Shown here: in pieces, positions 1-10,355 of the stretch
Numbering within the stretch: the stretch's first letter is position 1
How the letters are laid out: each line of letters begins with the position of its first letter
NCBI RefSeq assembly: GCF_050920415.1
Contig: NZ_CP169309.1
Direction: 5' to 3' (one strand)
DNA from: Escherichia coli
Lineage (GTDB): Bacteria; Pseudomonadota; Gammaproteobacteria; Enterobacterales; Enterobacteriaceae
Length of the DNA stretch: 64,000 nt
Translations under genes and position numbers: made by a program
Notes under the pieces: generated by a model
What the model was told of the DNA's origin: nothing
The model's input: only the letters and a program-made list of their open reading frames with translations
The model's database searches: none

Positions 1-312
1 GGCTGCGACCATTGGCCCCAACATCAGCGAAGTCACATCGCCGACGCCGCCGGTCGAGTGTTTATCAACAATCGGGCCATTCAGATGCAGGCTTTTCCAG
101 TCGAGAACGGTTCCTGAATCTCGCATCGCCATCGTCAGCGAGACACGCTCCGGCATTGTCATATCGTGGAAGAAAATGGTCATCGCGAGGGCGGCAATCT
201 GCCCTTCGGAGATAGTGTTGTCGCGAATACCGTTGATAAAGAAGCGAATTTCTTCATCGCTCAGCGCATGACCATCACGTTTTTTACGAATAATTTCTTG
301 TGCGAGAAACAA
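1..312 (-). CDS. deoA: thymidine phosphorylase, N-terminal 104 codons (truncated by window start)
   Basis: The minus-strand frame is open from TTG at 312 to base 1: [38 protein letters not shown]...[20 protein letters not shown]. It lies downstream of deoC, as in the deo operon. It is missing from the ORF track because it has no stop in the window. Confidence 0.85.
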
Positions 313-334
313 GGTAACCTCCCGTGGAATAAGT

Positions 335-470
335 TTGAAGGCGTTGTTGCCAGATGGCGGATGTTGTTATTGCCTGATGCTGACCGCTTCTTATCCTGCC
401 TACACGGCAATCGTCCCGTAGGCCGGATAAGGCGTTCGCGCCGCATCCGGCATCCACCCTCTGGCAAAAG
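335..470. repeat. REP/BIME-like extragenic palindromic element in the deoC-deoA spacer
   Basis: gcctgatgctgaccgcttcttatcctgcctac and ggccggataaggcgttcgcgccgcatccggca belong to the E. coli REP motif family. The ORFs called across it look like artefacts. Confidence 0.6.
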
Positions 471-475
471 GCAGC

Positions 476-1255
476 TTAGTAGCTGCTGGCGCTCTTACCG
501 TCGCCGTGGCCCAGCGCTTTCAGCAGGCTTGCCAGCAGGCTGGAAGCACCAAAGCGGTAGTGACGCGCATCAGCCCAGTCAGCACCGAACAGTTCATCTG
601 CGATGGCAAGATATTTCTGCGCATCTTCCGCAGTACGCACGCCGCCCGCCGGTTTGAAACCAACGGTTTTTTCTACGCCCATGTCGCGAATCACTTCCAT
701 CATGATGCGCGCGCTTTCCGGCGTCGCATTCACAGCCACTTTACCGGTAGAGGTTTTGATGAAATCAGCACCCGCTTTGATGGATATTTCAGACGCTTTG
801 CGGATCAGCGCTTCGTCTTTCAGTTCGCCGGTTTCGATGATCACTTTCAGCAGTACATTCGCTGCCGCGCAAGCCTCTTTACAGGCTTTCACCAGGTCAA
901 AACCTACCTGCTCGTTACCCGCCATCAGCGCACGGTACGGGAACACCACATCAACTTCATCGGCACCGTAGGCGATTGCCGCGCGGGTTTCGGCCAGCGC
1001 GATTTCGATATCGTCGTTACCGTGTGGGAAGTTGGTTACCGTAGCGATACGGATTTCCGGGGTACCCTGCTCTTTCAGCGTTTTGCGAGCAATTGGGATA
1101 AAGCGAGGATAGATACAGATAGCGGCGGTATTGCCGACCGGAGTTTTGGCCTGATGACACAGGGCGATCACTTTCTCGTCGGTGTCGTCGTCATTCAGGG
1201 TGGTCAGGTCCATCAATTTCAGTGCACGCAGGCTGCTTGCTTTCAGATCAGTCAT
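476..1255 (-). CDS. deoC: deoxyribose-phosphate aldolase
   Basis: 259 aa from ATG 1255 ([39 protein letters not shown]...FIKTSTGK...). The ORF-track start at 1279 is 8 codons upstream. Confidence 0.95.
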
Positions 1256-1513
1256 TTCATTCTCCTGGCTTGTCGCCAATAAAATTCACCTTGCGAGTTT
1301 GTTAGTATTCTAACATCGACTCCGCAACACACTTCGATATACATCACAATTAAGGAAATCTACTTACAAAATTGCATTACTGTAATGCGATCTGGTTCAA
1401 ATAATTCACTTTCAAATGAATGCGTCAGTGGTGGCAAACGCATCAGGATCAAAGTGAACATCACGAAACTTCTTACAATGGCGCATCACCTTCGGCATAA
1501 AAAGGAACAGAAG

Positions 1514-3064
1514 ATGCCCACTTCTCATGAAAATGCACTGCAACAACGTTGCCAGCAAATTGTCACCAGCTCAGTACTTAGCCCGGAGCAGAAGCGCCAT
1601 TTTCTGGCGCTGGAAGCAGAAAACAATCTGCCTTACCCACAGCTTCCTGCCGAAGCCCGCCGCGCGCTGGATGAAGGTGTAATCTGCGATATGTTTGAAG
1701 GTCATGCGCCGTATAAACCGCGCTATGTCTTACCCGATTACGCCCGTTTTTTGGCCAACGGTTCCGAATGGCTGGAGCTGGAAGGCGCAAAAGATCTTGA
1801 TGACGCACTCTCTCTGCTGACCATTCTTTACCACCACGTTCCTTCGGTCACATCGATGCCGGTCTACCTGGGGCAACTGGATGCGTTGTTGCAACCGTAT
1901 GTTAGAATTCTAACACAAGACGAGATCGATATTCGAATAAAACGTTTCTGGCGTTACCTCGACAGAACCCTGCCAGACGCCTTTATGCACGCCAATATTG
2001 GCCCATCTGATTCACCCATTACCCGTGCGATTTTACGCGCAGACGCAGAGCTGAAGCAGGTTTCACCGAACCTGACTTTTATCTACGATCCTGAAATCAC
2101 CCCTGATGACCTGCTGCTGGAAGTGGCGAAAAACATCTGTGAATGTAGCAAACCGCACATCGCCAACGGTCCCGTGCATGATAAAATTTTCACAAAAGGG
2201 AGCTACGGGATTGTGAGCTGTTACAACTCACTGCCGTTAGCGGGTGGTGGCAGTACGCTGGTACGCCTCAACCTGAAAGCCATTGCCGAGCGCAGTGAAT
2301 CGCTGGATGACTTCTTTACGCGCACTCTACCGCACTACTGCCAGCAGCAAATCGCCATCATCGATGCGCGGTGTGAATTCCTCTATCAACAATCACACTT
2401 CTTTGAGAATAGCTTCCTGGTGAAAGAAGGGCTGATTAACCCTGAACGTTTTGTGCCAATGTTTGGCATGTATGGGCTGGCGGAAGCGGTTAACTTGCTG
2501 TGTGAAAAAGAAGGAATTGCCGCACGTTACGGTAAAGAAGCCGCCGCAAATGAAGTGGGTTATCGCATTAGCGCGCAACTGGCGGAGTTTGTCGCCAATA
2601 CCCCCGTGAAATATGGCTGGCAAAAACGCGCCATGTTACACGCACAGTCGGGGATAAGTTCCGATATCGGCACCACGCCGGGCGCGCGTTTGCCGTATGG
2701 CGATGAGCCAGATCCGATCACCCATCTGCAAACTGTCGCCCCGCATCATGCTTATTATTATTCCGGCATCAGCGACATTTTGACGCTCGACGAAACCATC
2801 AAACGTAATCCGCAGGCGCTGGTACAGCTTTGCCTCGGTGCCTTTAAAGCCGGAATGCGTGAATTTACCGCCAATGTCAGCGGTAACGATCTGGTTCGCG
2901 TTACCGGTTATATGGTGCGTTTGTCGGATTTAGAAAAATATCGTGCCGAAGGTTCACGTACCAATACCACCTGGCTGGGAGAAGAAGCCGCACGCAACAC
3001 TCGTATTCTGGAACGCCAGCCGCGCGTTATAAGCCATGAACAGCAGATGCGCTTTAGTCAGTAA
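1514..3064 (+). CDS. yjjI: YjjI, glycyl-radical-enzyme-like protein (DUF3029)
   Basis: 516 aa from ATG 1514 ([19 protein letters not shown]...). It overlaps the downstream activase gene. Recognised from memory of the E. coli K-12 locus. Confidence 0.85.
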   Translation: MPTSHENALQQRCQQIVTSSVLSPEQKRHFLALEAENNLPYPQLPAEARRALDEGVICDMFEGHAPYKPRYVLPDYARFLANGSEWLELEGAKDLDDALSLLTILYHHVPSVTSMPVYLGQLDALLQPYVRILTQDEIDIRIKRFWRYLDRTLPDAFMHANIGPSDSPITRAILRADAELKQVSPNLTFIYDPEITPDDLLLEVAKNICECSKPHIANGPVHDKIFTKGSYGIVSCYNSLPLAGGGSTLVRLNLKAIAERSESLDDFFTRTLPHYCQQQIAIIDARCEFLYQQSHFFENSFLVKEGLINPERFVPMFGMYGLAEAVNLLCEKEGIAARYGKEAAANEVGYRISAQLAEFVANTPVKYGWQKRAMLHAQSGISSDIGTTPGARLPYGDEPDPITHLQTVAPHHAYYYSGISDILTLDETIKRNPQALVQLCLGAFKAGMREFTANVSGNDLVRVTGYMVRLSDLEKYRAEGSRTNTTWLGEEAARNTRILERQPRVISHEQQMRFSQ

Positions 3065-3899
3065 GATTATCCCCTTCTCCTGCGTTGACGGGCCAGGCAG
3101 TCGTCTGGCTCTGTTTTTACAGGGCTGCAATCTGCGCTGCAAAAACTGTCACAATCCGTGGACGATGGGGCGCTGTAATGATTGCGGTAAGTGCGTGCCA
3201 CAGTGTCCGCATCAGGCGTTGCAGATTATTAACAGCAAAGTAGTGTGGAACGCAGCCGTCTGCGAGCAGTGTGATACCTGTCTGAAGATGTGTCCGCAAC
3301 ATGCCACGCCGATGGCGCAATCCATGAGCGTGGATGAGGTGCTTAGACATATCCGCAAAGCGGTGCTGTTTATCGAAGGGATAACGGTAAGCGGCGGCGA
3401 AGCCACGACCCAGCTGCCGTTTGTGGTGGCGCTGTTTACTGCCATCAAAAACGATCCGCAACTGTGCCATCTCACCTGTCTGGTGGACAGTAACGGCATG
3501 TTGAGCGAAACCGGCTGGGAAAAATTACTCCCAGTGTGCGACGGCGCGATGCTCGACCTCAAAGCGTGGGGTGGCGCGTGCCATCAACAGCTAACCGGAC
3601 GCGATAATCAGCAGATCAAGCGCAGCATTAGTCTGCTTGCCGAGCGCGGCAAACTGGCAGAACTGCGTTTGCTGGTAATCCCAGGCCACGTGGATTATTT
3701 GCAGCATATCGATGAGCTGGCGGCGTTTATCAAGGGTCTTGGCGATGTTCCGGTACGCCTGAACGCGTTTCATGCTCACGGCGTGTATGGCGAGGCGCAA
3801 AGCTGGGCGAGCGCCACGCCGGAAGACGTTGAGCAATTGGCTGATGCGTTACGGGAGCACGGGGTGAGCCGATTAATATTTCCGGCGCTGTATTTGTGA
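3036..3899 (+). CDS. yjjW: radical-SAM glycyl-radical activating enzyme family protein
   Basis: Cys clusters [23 protein letters not shown] and [12 protein letters not shown], plus VSGGEAT. It overlaps the yjjI 3' end by 29 nt. Confidence 0.85.
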   Translation: MNSRCALVSKIIPFSCVDGPGSRLALFLQGCNLRCKNCHNPWTMGRCNDCGKCVPQCPHQALQIINSKVVWNAAVCEQCDTCLKMCPQHATPMAQSMSVDEVLRHIRKAVLFIEGITVSGGEATTQLPFVVALFTAIKNDPQLCHLTCLVDSNGMLSETGWEKLLPVCDGAMLDLKAWGGACHQQLTGRDNQQIKRSISLLAERGKLAELRLLVIPGHVDYLQHIDELAAFIKGLGDVPVRLNAFHAHGVYGEAQSWASATPEDVEQLADALREHGVSRLIFPALYL

Positions 3900-4125
3900 C
3901 ATGGCGGATGCAGCCTACGGTTCGGCACAGACCTGTAGGCATGATAAGACGCGTCAGCGTCGCATCAGGCATTGTGCGTCGACTGCCGGATGCGGTGTGA
4001 CGCCTTATCCGGCTTACGGTTCGGCACAGACTTGTAGGCATGATAAGACGCGTCAGCGTCGCATCAGGCATTGTGCGTCGACTGCCGGATGCGGTGTGAA
4101 CGCCTTATCCGGCTTACGAAGGGCA
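3900..4125. repeat. tandem REP/BIME elements
   Basis: Two ~100-bp tandem copies of ...cggttcggcacagac(c/t)tgtaggcatgataagacgcgtcagcgtcgcatcaggcattgtgcgtcgactgccggatgcggtgtga(a)cgccttatccggc... ORFs 3901..4263 and 3730..4071 are translations of the repeat. Confidence 0.8.
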
Positions 4126-4127
4126 GA

Positions 4128-4910
4128 CTACCCACGAACGTTAAACACCGCATACGTGTTATTAAGCAACACTTCGGCAATCTCATCCGCGGGTTCCGGG
4201 CGTAACTCGCACAGCACGGCAAACACACGGGCGGCCTGTTCAGGGCGATTAGGCTGCCCCTGAAAACCATTGAGCGGCATATCTGGTGCGTCGGTCTCCA
4301 GCAACATCGATGCCAGCGGCAGCTTTGCGATGACATCGCGGGTTTTACTGGCGCGTGGATAGGTGATAGTACCGCCTACGCCAATTTTGTAGCCCAGCTG
4401 CACAAACCGTTCGGCCTGTTGCAGGCTGCCAGAAAAACCATGAACCACACCAGTGCGTGGCAAATTTTGGCGTTTAAGATGCATCGCCAGTTTGTCGTGC
4501 GTGCGCCGTGAATGAAGGATCACCGGCAGATCGTAGCGTTTCGCCAGTTTCAGTTGTTCATCAAGCAACCACTGCTGCCTCTCAAATTGCGGATCGTCAC
4601 CAAAGAGATCCAGGCCGATCTCCCCCACCGCCACCACCTTCGTCGGACGTCTTCCCAACGCCTGCTGTAACTGATCCAGCGATGCATCGTTATGTTTTTC
4701 CAACATCCCCGGATGGAACCCTAAAGCGGCATACAGCGGTTGATAATTTTCCGCTAACGCCTGCACGCGGGCAAAATTTGCCGCCTCGGTGGCCGGAACA
4801 ATGATCTTGCCTACGCCCGCTTGTGCCGCGCGTTGCAGGCTGGCCTCTTCATCGCCACTAAACGGCGGGAAATCAAAATGGCAGTGGGTGTCGATAAAAC
4901 GGCAAATCAA
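4128..4910 (-). CDS. yjjV: TatD-family metal-dependent hydrolase
   Basis: 260 aa with N-terminal IDTHCHFDF and the GEIGLD, ILHSR and LLETDAP motifs of the TatD/amidohydrolase fold. Confidence 0.85.
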   Translation of the reverse strand: MICRFIDTHCHFDFPPFSGDEEASLQRAAQAGVGKIIVPATEAANFARVQALAENYQPLYAALGFHPGMLEKHNDASLDQLQQALGRRPTKVVAVGEIGLDLFGDDPQFERQQWLLDEQLKLAKRYDLPVILHSRRTHDKLAMHLKRQNLPRTGVVHGFSGSLQQAERFVQLGYKIGVGGTITYPRASKTRDVIAKLPLASMLLETDAPDMPLNGFQGQPNRPEQAARVFAVLCELRPEPADEIAEVLLNNTYAVFNVRG

Positions 4911-5980
4911 GCCAAATCCTCATTGTTAAATGTCGGGTCGTTCGCCTGTGGAGCGTCTATCACCTCGGTAACCAGCGTATCGTTGGCGACGGGTGCAGGC
5001 GGAATAACGATCGACTCCGGCGTCACCACCGGCACCAGATGGCGGCTCAGCGGCGCTTTTTCAGTCAATAACTTACCGACCGTTGCCAGAAAATAACGCC
5101 CGCATAAACGCCCAAGTTTATAGTCTTCACGCAGCGCCGGAATCCGACTGCCGAGCGCGATACTATGTAATGGCTTCGGCGGATAAATTTCGAATATCCT
5201 CAACTGGCCCGGTGGTTTCTCAATAAATTGCTGAATCTCACGATAGCTGGTTTCATGATGCTGCACCAGATTGACCAGCGGCTGCAGGCTACTGTCACCC
5301 AGCCAGCGTTCCATGCGTTTGAACCACTGCGGCGTATAGTACATTTGTGACGGCACAGTGCGGATAACGACCAACGTTTTTGCGCCCTGCCTTGCCGCCT
5401 CTTTAACCGGGATCGCATCACTGATCCCGCCATCCAGGTAATTAATGCCTTCCAGCGACACTCCGCTACGATAAAAGCCAGGTATTGCACTGGAGGCGCG
5501 AATCACATCCAGCCAGTTTTGTTTGGTTGGTAAAAAGTAATTCGGCGCGTAGTCATCCTGACGACAGGCGCACATATAAAACGATTTGCCGCTGTCAAAT
5601 AGCCGCGCTGCGGTGTCCATTTGCAACGGCATCTGGCTTGCGGTGGCCTCCACCAGCCAGTCGAGATCGATAAGATTTCCTCCACGGACAAAGCGCAATG
5701 GATCGAAAAATTCGCGTTTTGTGGTATAGCGCATGATGACTTTGCGCGCGTAACCGGGCTGATTGCAGATATACGCCGAGAGGTTCTGCGCCCCGGCAGA
5801 TGTGCCGAGATAAAGATCGAAAGGATTAAACTGCGCGCGCATAAACTCATCCAGCACGCCAGCTGTGAAAATTCCACGCTGCCCGCCGCCTTCGCACACC
5901 AGAGCTATTCGTCCAGGCTGGAACGGCCTTAGCGACAACGGCGCAATATTACCAAGCGTTACAGGTATTCGCTGCCCCAC
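4907..5980 (-). CDS. yjjU: patatin-like phospholipase
   Basis: 357 aa from GTG 5980 (MGQRIPVTLGNIAP...), with GGGQRG, GTSAG (GxSxG) and DGG motifs. The stop overlaps the yjjV start. Confidence 0.85.
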   Translation of the reverse strand: MGQRIPVTLGNIAPLSLRPFQPGRIALVCEGGGQRGIFTAGVLDEFMRAQFNPFDLYLGTSAGAQNLSAYICNQPGYARKVIMRYTTKREFFDPLRFVRGGNLIDLDWLVEATASQMPLQMDTAARLFDSGKSFYMCACRQDDYAPNYFLPTKQNWLDVIRASSAIPGFYRSGVSLEGINYLDGGISDAIPVKEAARQGAKTLVVIRTVPSQMYYTPQWFKRMERWLGDSSLQPLVNLVQHHETSYREIQQFIEKPPGQLRIFEIYPPKPLHSIALGSRIPALREDYKLGRLCGRYFLATVGKLLTEKAPLSRHLVPVVTPESIVIPPAPVANDTLVTEVIDAPQANDPTFNNEDLA

Positions 5981-6101
5981 CTCTGCCTTCCTGTTTTTGT
6001 TGTGAAAGAATGACAAAGTAACGCAATTTATTATTCGCTAAAACCGCAAAAGCCAGTCCGCTGGACTGGCTTTGGATAAAATTTTCTTAATGGTCTGAAA
6101 T

Positions 6102-6263
6102 CTAGGGTCGTTTTCGGCCCATGAACAAACTCACCAGGAACAGAATAATCCCGACGACAAAGACAATTTTAGCTGCGCCTGCAGCAGTACCGGCCAGACC
6201 ACCAAACCCAAGTGCGGCGGCGATTAACGCGATAACCAGAAATATGATGCCCCAACGAAACAT
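6102..6263 (-). CDS. ytjA: small two-TM membrane protein (DUF1328 type)
   Basis: 53 aa from ATG 6263: [53 protein letters not shown]. Confidence 0.8.
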
Positions 6264-6391
6264 ATAAGCGTCTCCTTTACCATAGTTAATGTCACCGCTT
6301 GATATGAGCGTGAAAATCACTCAATGCGATATTTTTAGTGTGGTGCACATCGCGCCTCCCGACAAAGTTCGGGAGGACGAATTACGACGAA

Positions 6392-6997
6392 TTACTTAGT
6401 TTTCAGATCATTTTTAACGCTTTTCACACCATCTACCGCTTTGGCGATACTTTCAGCACGGTCACTTTGTGCCTGAGAATCTACGGTACCGGAGAGCTGA
6501 ACCACGCCATCGGTGGTTTCAACTTTCACTTTACGTGAAGGGACGATATCGTCCGCCAGCAGCTTAGCTTTGATTTCACTGGTGGTGGCGGTGTCACCCG
6601 CGTAGCCCTTCACAGAGCCTTCTTTAGCGTCGCGAACGTGCAGTTTGTCGCTGACAGAGGTCACGCCTTCAACGCCTTTCGCCACTTTCACTGCCTCTTC
6701 GGCCTGGGCCTGGCTTTCAACGAAACCGCTCAGGGTCACGACTTTTTGATCGGTTTTGACAGAGATATCGGTGCTCTTGATGTTGTCATGATCCACCAGG
6801 GCCGCCTTCACTTTCGCGGTGATAGCGCTGTCATCCATGAAATTACCGACTTTATTCATAGAGCTATCGACTTTTTGCCCTGCGCTTTCATTGGTTGTCT
6901 GCGCGTTGTTTTCTGCGTAGGCAGAGCCGGTCGCGACGGCAGAGGTCAACATTACAGCCAGCAGAGTTTTCGAAATCTTCAGTCTTGTCATAGTCAT
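6392..6997 (-). CDS. osmY: periplasmic osmotically inducible protein (two BON domains)
   Basis: 201 aa from ATG 6997, with signal peptide [28 protein letters not shown] and repeated BON-type segments. Confidence 0.95.
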   Translation of the reverse strand: MTMTRLKISKTLLAVMLTSAVATGSAYAENNAQTTNESAGQKVDSSMNKVGNFMDDSAITAKVKAALVDHDNIKSTDISVKTDQKVVTLSGFVESQAQAEEAVKVAKGVEGVTSVSDKLHVRDAKEGSVKGYAGDTATTSEIKAKLLADDIVPSRKVKVETTDGVVQLSGTVDSQAQSDRAESIAKAVDGVKSVKNDLKTK

Positions 6998-7389
6998 CGA
7001 TTTATTCCTGTATGTTTGCTCGTAATTTGAGCCTGGCAACACGAGGTTGCATTGCTGAATAGGGAGAGACTTCACCCTCTACAGAAGTCAACGGTCTCCA
7101 TCACAAAATCGATGGGTGATGAATAACGACCATTACAGCCTCTGAATCAGTTATTAATATCGGTAGAATGACAATCGACGGCTTTAGATACTGATATCTA
7201 CGCATTGAACGGTATTTAACGCCGTCAGAAATGTCATTACTTTGTTAAATATAGATCACAATTTTGAAACCGCTCGGGATATCAGCGAAAACATAAGCAA
7301 AAGTGAATGTTTTAAGAACATTCCGTAAGCGGCTAATAAGGAAGGGAAATTGACAGGGCGCAGCGGCTACCGCGCCCTGGAGGCAAGAA

Positions 7390-8976
7390 TTAATGCTCGC
7401 GAGTCTGGTGGAACTGAACGTCCGGATAACGTTCCTGTGCCAGGCGCAGGTTGACCATGCTGGTAGCGATGTAAGCGAGGTTATCGCCGCCATCAAGCGC
7501 CAGTTGGCTTTCGTTCTTACGCTTGAACTCTTCGAATTTCTTCGCGTCCGCACATTCTACCCAGCGTGCAGTGGCAACGTTGACTGACTCATACACTGCT
7601 TCAACGTTGTATTCGCTCTTCAGGCGCGCTACCACCACATCAAACTGCAGCACACCAACCGCACCAACGATCAGGTCGTTGTTGGAGATCGGACGGAACA
7701 CCTGCACCGCGCCCTCTTCGGAAAGCTGTACCAGCCCTTTGAGCAGCTGTTTTTGCTTCAGCGGATCTTTCAGGCGGATACGACGGAACAGTTCCGGCGC
7801 AAAGTTCGGGATACCGGTGAACTTCATCATCTCACCCTGGGTAAAGGTGTCGCCGATCTGAATAGTGCCGTGGTTGTGCAGACCAAGGATGTCGCCCGGA
7901 TACGCTTCTTCAACATGCGAACGGTCGCCCGCCATAAAGGTCAGCGCGTCGGAGATCACCACATCTTTCGCGGTGCGCACCTGGCGCAGCTTCATACCTT
8001 TTTCATATTTACCAGATACCACACGCATAAACGCCACGCGGTCGCGGTGTTTCGGGTCCATGTTGGCCTGAATTTTAAATACGAAGCCGGTAAATTTATC
8101 TTCGCTCGCCTCTACGATACGGGTATCAGTCTGACGCGGCATCGGCGCAGGTGCCCACTCTACCAGGCCATCCAGCATATGATCGACGCCGAAGTTACCC
8201 AGCGCAGTACCAAAGAACACTGGAGTAATTTCGCCCGCAAGGAACAATTCTTTGTCGAACTCGTTAGACGCGCCTTTCACCAGTTCCAGTTCGTCACGCA
8301 GCTGCTGTGCCAGATCTTCACCAACCGCAGCATCGAGATCCGGGTTATTCAGCCCTTTAACAATACGGACTTCCTGAATGGTGTGACCTTTACCGCTCTG
8401 ATAGAGATAGGTTTCGTCTTTATAAAGGTGGTAAACGCCTTTAAACAGCTTGCCGCAGCCAATCGGCCAGGTGATCGGCGCACAGCCGATTTTCAGCTCG
8501 TTCTCAACTTCATCGAGCAGCTCCATCGGATCGCGGATATCACGGTCAAGTTTGTTCATAAAGGTGAGGATCGGCGTATCGCGCAGACGGGTAACTTCCA
8601 TCAGCTTACGGGTACGATCTTCAACACCTTTTGCGGCGTCGATAACCATCAGGCAGCAGTCCACCGCCGTCAGGGTACGATAGGTATCTTCCGAGAAGTC
8701 TTCGTGCCCGGGGGTGTCGAGCAGGTTAACCAGGCAGTCGTGATACGGAAACTGCATCACAGACGTGGTAATGGAGATCCCACGCTGCTTTTCCATCTCC
8801 ATCCAGTCCGACTTAGCGTGCTGGTTGGAACCACGGCCTTTTACTGTACCGGCAGTCTGAATGGCCTGTCCGAACAGCAGCACCTTCTCGGTGATGGTCG
8901 TTTTACCGGCGTCCGGGTGAGAAATAATTGCAAAGGTTCTTCTTTTCGCTACCTCTGCGGCCAAAAGGCTTGTCAT
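7390..8976 (-). CDS. prfC: peptide chain release factor 3 (GTPase); the first 21 codons are supplied by the prophage
   Basis: 528 aa from ATG 8976 ([27 protein letters not shown]..., [12 protein letters not shown]). The ORF-track start at 9003 is an upstream TTG. The att core lies at codons 17-21. Confidence 0.95.
   Translation of the reverse strand: MTSLLAAEVAKRRTFAIISHPDAGKTTITEKVLLFGQAIQTAGTVKGRGSNQHAKSDWMEMEKQRGISITTSVMQFPYHDCLVNLLDTPGHEDFSEDTYRTLTAVDCCLMVIDAAKGVEDRTRKLMEVTRLRDTPILTFMNKLDRDIRDPMELLDEVENELKIGCAPITWPIGCGKLFKGVYHLYKDETYLYQSGKGHTIQEVRIVKGLNNPDLDAAVGEDLAQQLRDELELVKGASNEFDKELFLAGEITPVFFGTALGNFGVDHMLDGLVEWAPAPMPRQTDTRIVEASEDKFTGFVFKIQANMDPKHRDRVAFMRVVSGKYEKGMKLRQVRTAKDVVISDALTFMAGDRSHVEEAYPGDILGLHNHGTIQIGDTFTQGEMMKFTGIPNFAPELFRRIRLKDPLKQKQLLKGLVQLSEEGAVQVFRPISNNDLIVGAVGVLQFDVVVARLKSEYNVEAVYESVNVATARWVECADAKKFEEFKRKNESQLALDGGDNLAYIATSMVNLRLAQERYPDVQFHQTREH
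8915..8928. repeat. attL core
   Basis: The 14-bp gggtgagaaataat is identical to 56500-56513. Flanking sequence diverges on both sides. Confidence 0.8.
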
Positions 8977-8992
8977 AATTGTTGTCTCTTTG

Positions 8993-9111
8993 ATTATGTA
9001 CAATCATATGTACAAAGAAAAATTCATGCCGCTGATTGTACATTTTGGAGGTATCAGAGCATAGCAGAACATGATCAGTAGGTGTATTTGTAGCCAAAGA
9101 ACATTTGTACA
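8993..9111. repeat. cluster of TGTACA motifs (probable integrase arm-type sites, P' arm)
   Basis: TGTACA occurs at 8997, 9009, 9037 and 9106. The 22-bp attatgtacaaNcatatgtaca at 8993-9014 recurs at 56314-56335 on the other side of the att core. Confidence 0.5.
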
Positions 9112-9130
9112 TGCAGCAATCTTTACTCTA

Positions 9131-9180
9131 TTGACACTGTTTATTCATACAGTAAAAAATAGTGCTGTATACAAATACAG
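9131..9180 (+). promoter_or_regulatory. SOS-regulated promoter with two tandem LexA boxes
   Basis: TTGACA at 9131-9136. CTGTttattcatACAG (9137-9152) fills the spacer, and CTGTatacaaatACAG (9165-9180) lies just downstream. Both fit CTG-N10-CAG. RBS agaggga at 9184-9190. Confidence 0.75.
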
Positions 9181-9195
9181 TATAGAGGGATTTTT

Positions 9196-9444
9196 ATGCG
9201 TATTGAGATCTGCATAGCCAAAGAGAAAATGACTAAAATGCCAAGCGGTGCTGTTGATGCGTTAAAGGAAGAATTAACTCGGCGCATCAGTAAGCGTTAT
9301 GACGATGTAGAAGTAATCGTAAAAGCCACCAGCAATGACGGGCTTTCTGTTACACGCACCGCAGATAAGGATTCTGCAAAAACATTTGTTCAGGAGACTC
9401 TGAAAGATACTTGGGAGTCTGCTGACGAGTGGTTTGTTCACTAA
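9196..9444 (+). CDS. DinI-family protein
   Basis: 82 aa: [31 protein letters not shown]...[16 protein letters not shown]. It aligns by eye with E. coli DinI (MRIEVTIAK...LQETWESADDWFVSE). Confidence 0.8.
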   Translation: MRIEICIAKEKMTKMPSGAVDALKEELTRRISKRYDDVEVIVKATSNDGLSVTRTADKDSAKTFVQETLKDTWESADEWFVH

Positions 9445-9693
9445 TAGACACGTAAAATCGGTAACGGCTGGAAATAATTCAATACTCGCACTATCGGAAG
9501 TTCACCAGCCAGCCGCAGCACGTTCTTGCATACGACGTGCCTGCGGTTTCAACTCCCGCCAGCTCCACCACTTTTGATAGGACTGCAACCGGACAGCGGC
9601 AATAAAAACAGCCACTTACGGACACTGACCAGACAGTAAGCGGACTTAAAAAAGACAAAAATATACACGCAAAATGCACGTGCATTTCAAAAA

Positions 9694-9725
9694 AGCCTCT
9701 GATTGTGAAGTCAGAGGCTTTTCTA
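9694..9725. terminator. bidirectional intrinsic terminator between the dinI-like gene and tfa
   Basis: A 9-bp stem, agcctctga/tcagaggct, with an A-run before it and a T-rich run after it. Confidence 0.7.
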
Positions 9726-9768
9726 TTTGTAACTAAGAGTAACAATTCAACATAACGCAACCTACCAA

Positions 9769-10341
9769 TTACGTCACGTCAAACGCTCTGATTGAACGCA
9801 AATCATCCAGATTATTCAGTTGTTCCTTCATCTCGCGCTGGCGTTCGTGGATTTTAAAGCCCTCCGCCACCATGGCCACCATCATGGCATCGTTCAGCGC
9901 AATAAGTTTCTCCCTGGTCAGTATGACGTTGTTATTATCCGCATCAGTCCAGAAAAAACCATCCGGAAGCAGCCCGGCCTGCGCTGTTGCAACCACGGGC
10001 GCAAGGCGTGACTGCGAGGTTTTTCCGCCATCAAAACGACGGCCATCAAACGTGAAAATAAACTCAACGTTTTCCTGACTGTCGCGCCATGCCTCAATTT
10101 CCCGCCTTTTGGCATCCTTTGCCGCTGCAATAAGTTCCGGCGTGACGGTGAACGGGGCGATTTCGCCCCATTTCCCGCTTTGCAGCTCCTGCCAGACATG
10201 CTGGCCTGTCGGGGCCATATCATCCTGTATGGCGGTATACAGGACGAACTCCGTTTCACCTTCAAATAACACCTCGCAGTCAACCGCACCATTTTCAAGA
10301 TAATGCGCGTTTCTGATGCCTTTCACCGCTCTGATTTTCAT
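9769..10341 (-). CDS. tfa: tail fibre assembly protein
   Basis: 190 aa immediately downstream of the side tail fibre gene. The sequence is of the Tfa family type (MKIRAVKGIRNAHYLENGAV...). Confidence 0.75.
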   Translation of the reverse strand: MKIRAVKGIRNAHYLENGAVDCEVLFEGETEFVLYTAIQDDMAPTGQHVWQELQSGKWGEIAPFTVTPELIAAAKDAKRREIEAWRDSQENVEFIFTFDGRRFDGGKTSQSRLAPVVATAQAGLLPDGFFWTDADNNNVILTREKLIALNDAMMVAMVAEGFKIHERQREMKEQLNNLDDLRSIRAFDVT

Positions 10342-10355
10342 GTCTTATTTCCTTA

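Noticed and set aside
3901-4263. ORFs 3901..4263, 3730..4071 and 4064..4336 across the yjjW-yjjV spacer. Also considered whether the tandem repeats could be a CRISPR array.
   Set aside because: The repeats are REP/BIME palindromes of about 100 bp with no unique spacers. The ORFs are translations of the repeats.
7753-9081. 442-aa plus-strand ORF. Similar long antisense ORFs occur at 506..1282, 10819..11805, 14814..15472, 17712..18404, 19581..20369, 25511..26221 and 29208..29648.
   Set aside because: All lie fully inside well-supported genes on the opposite strand (prfC, deoC, stf, J, K, H, E, B). They have Arg/His/Gly-rich, low-complexity translations typical of shadow ORFs.
9672-9687. Perfect 16-bp palindrome aaatgcacgtgcattt next to the dinI/tfa terminator, and the imperfect hairpin ccgcagcacgt...acgtgcctgcgg at 9513-9547.
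   Set aside because: No associated promoter, ORF or repeat partner was found elsewhere in the window. These are too little to call a binding site or an sRNA, and they may be remnants of exchanged tail-fibre-distal DNA.
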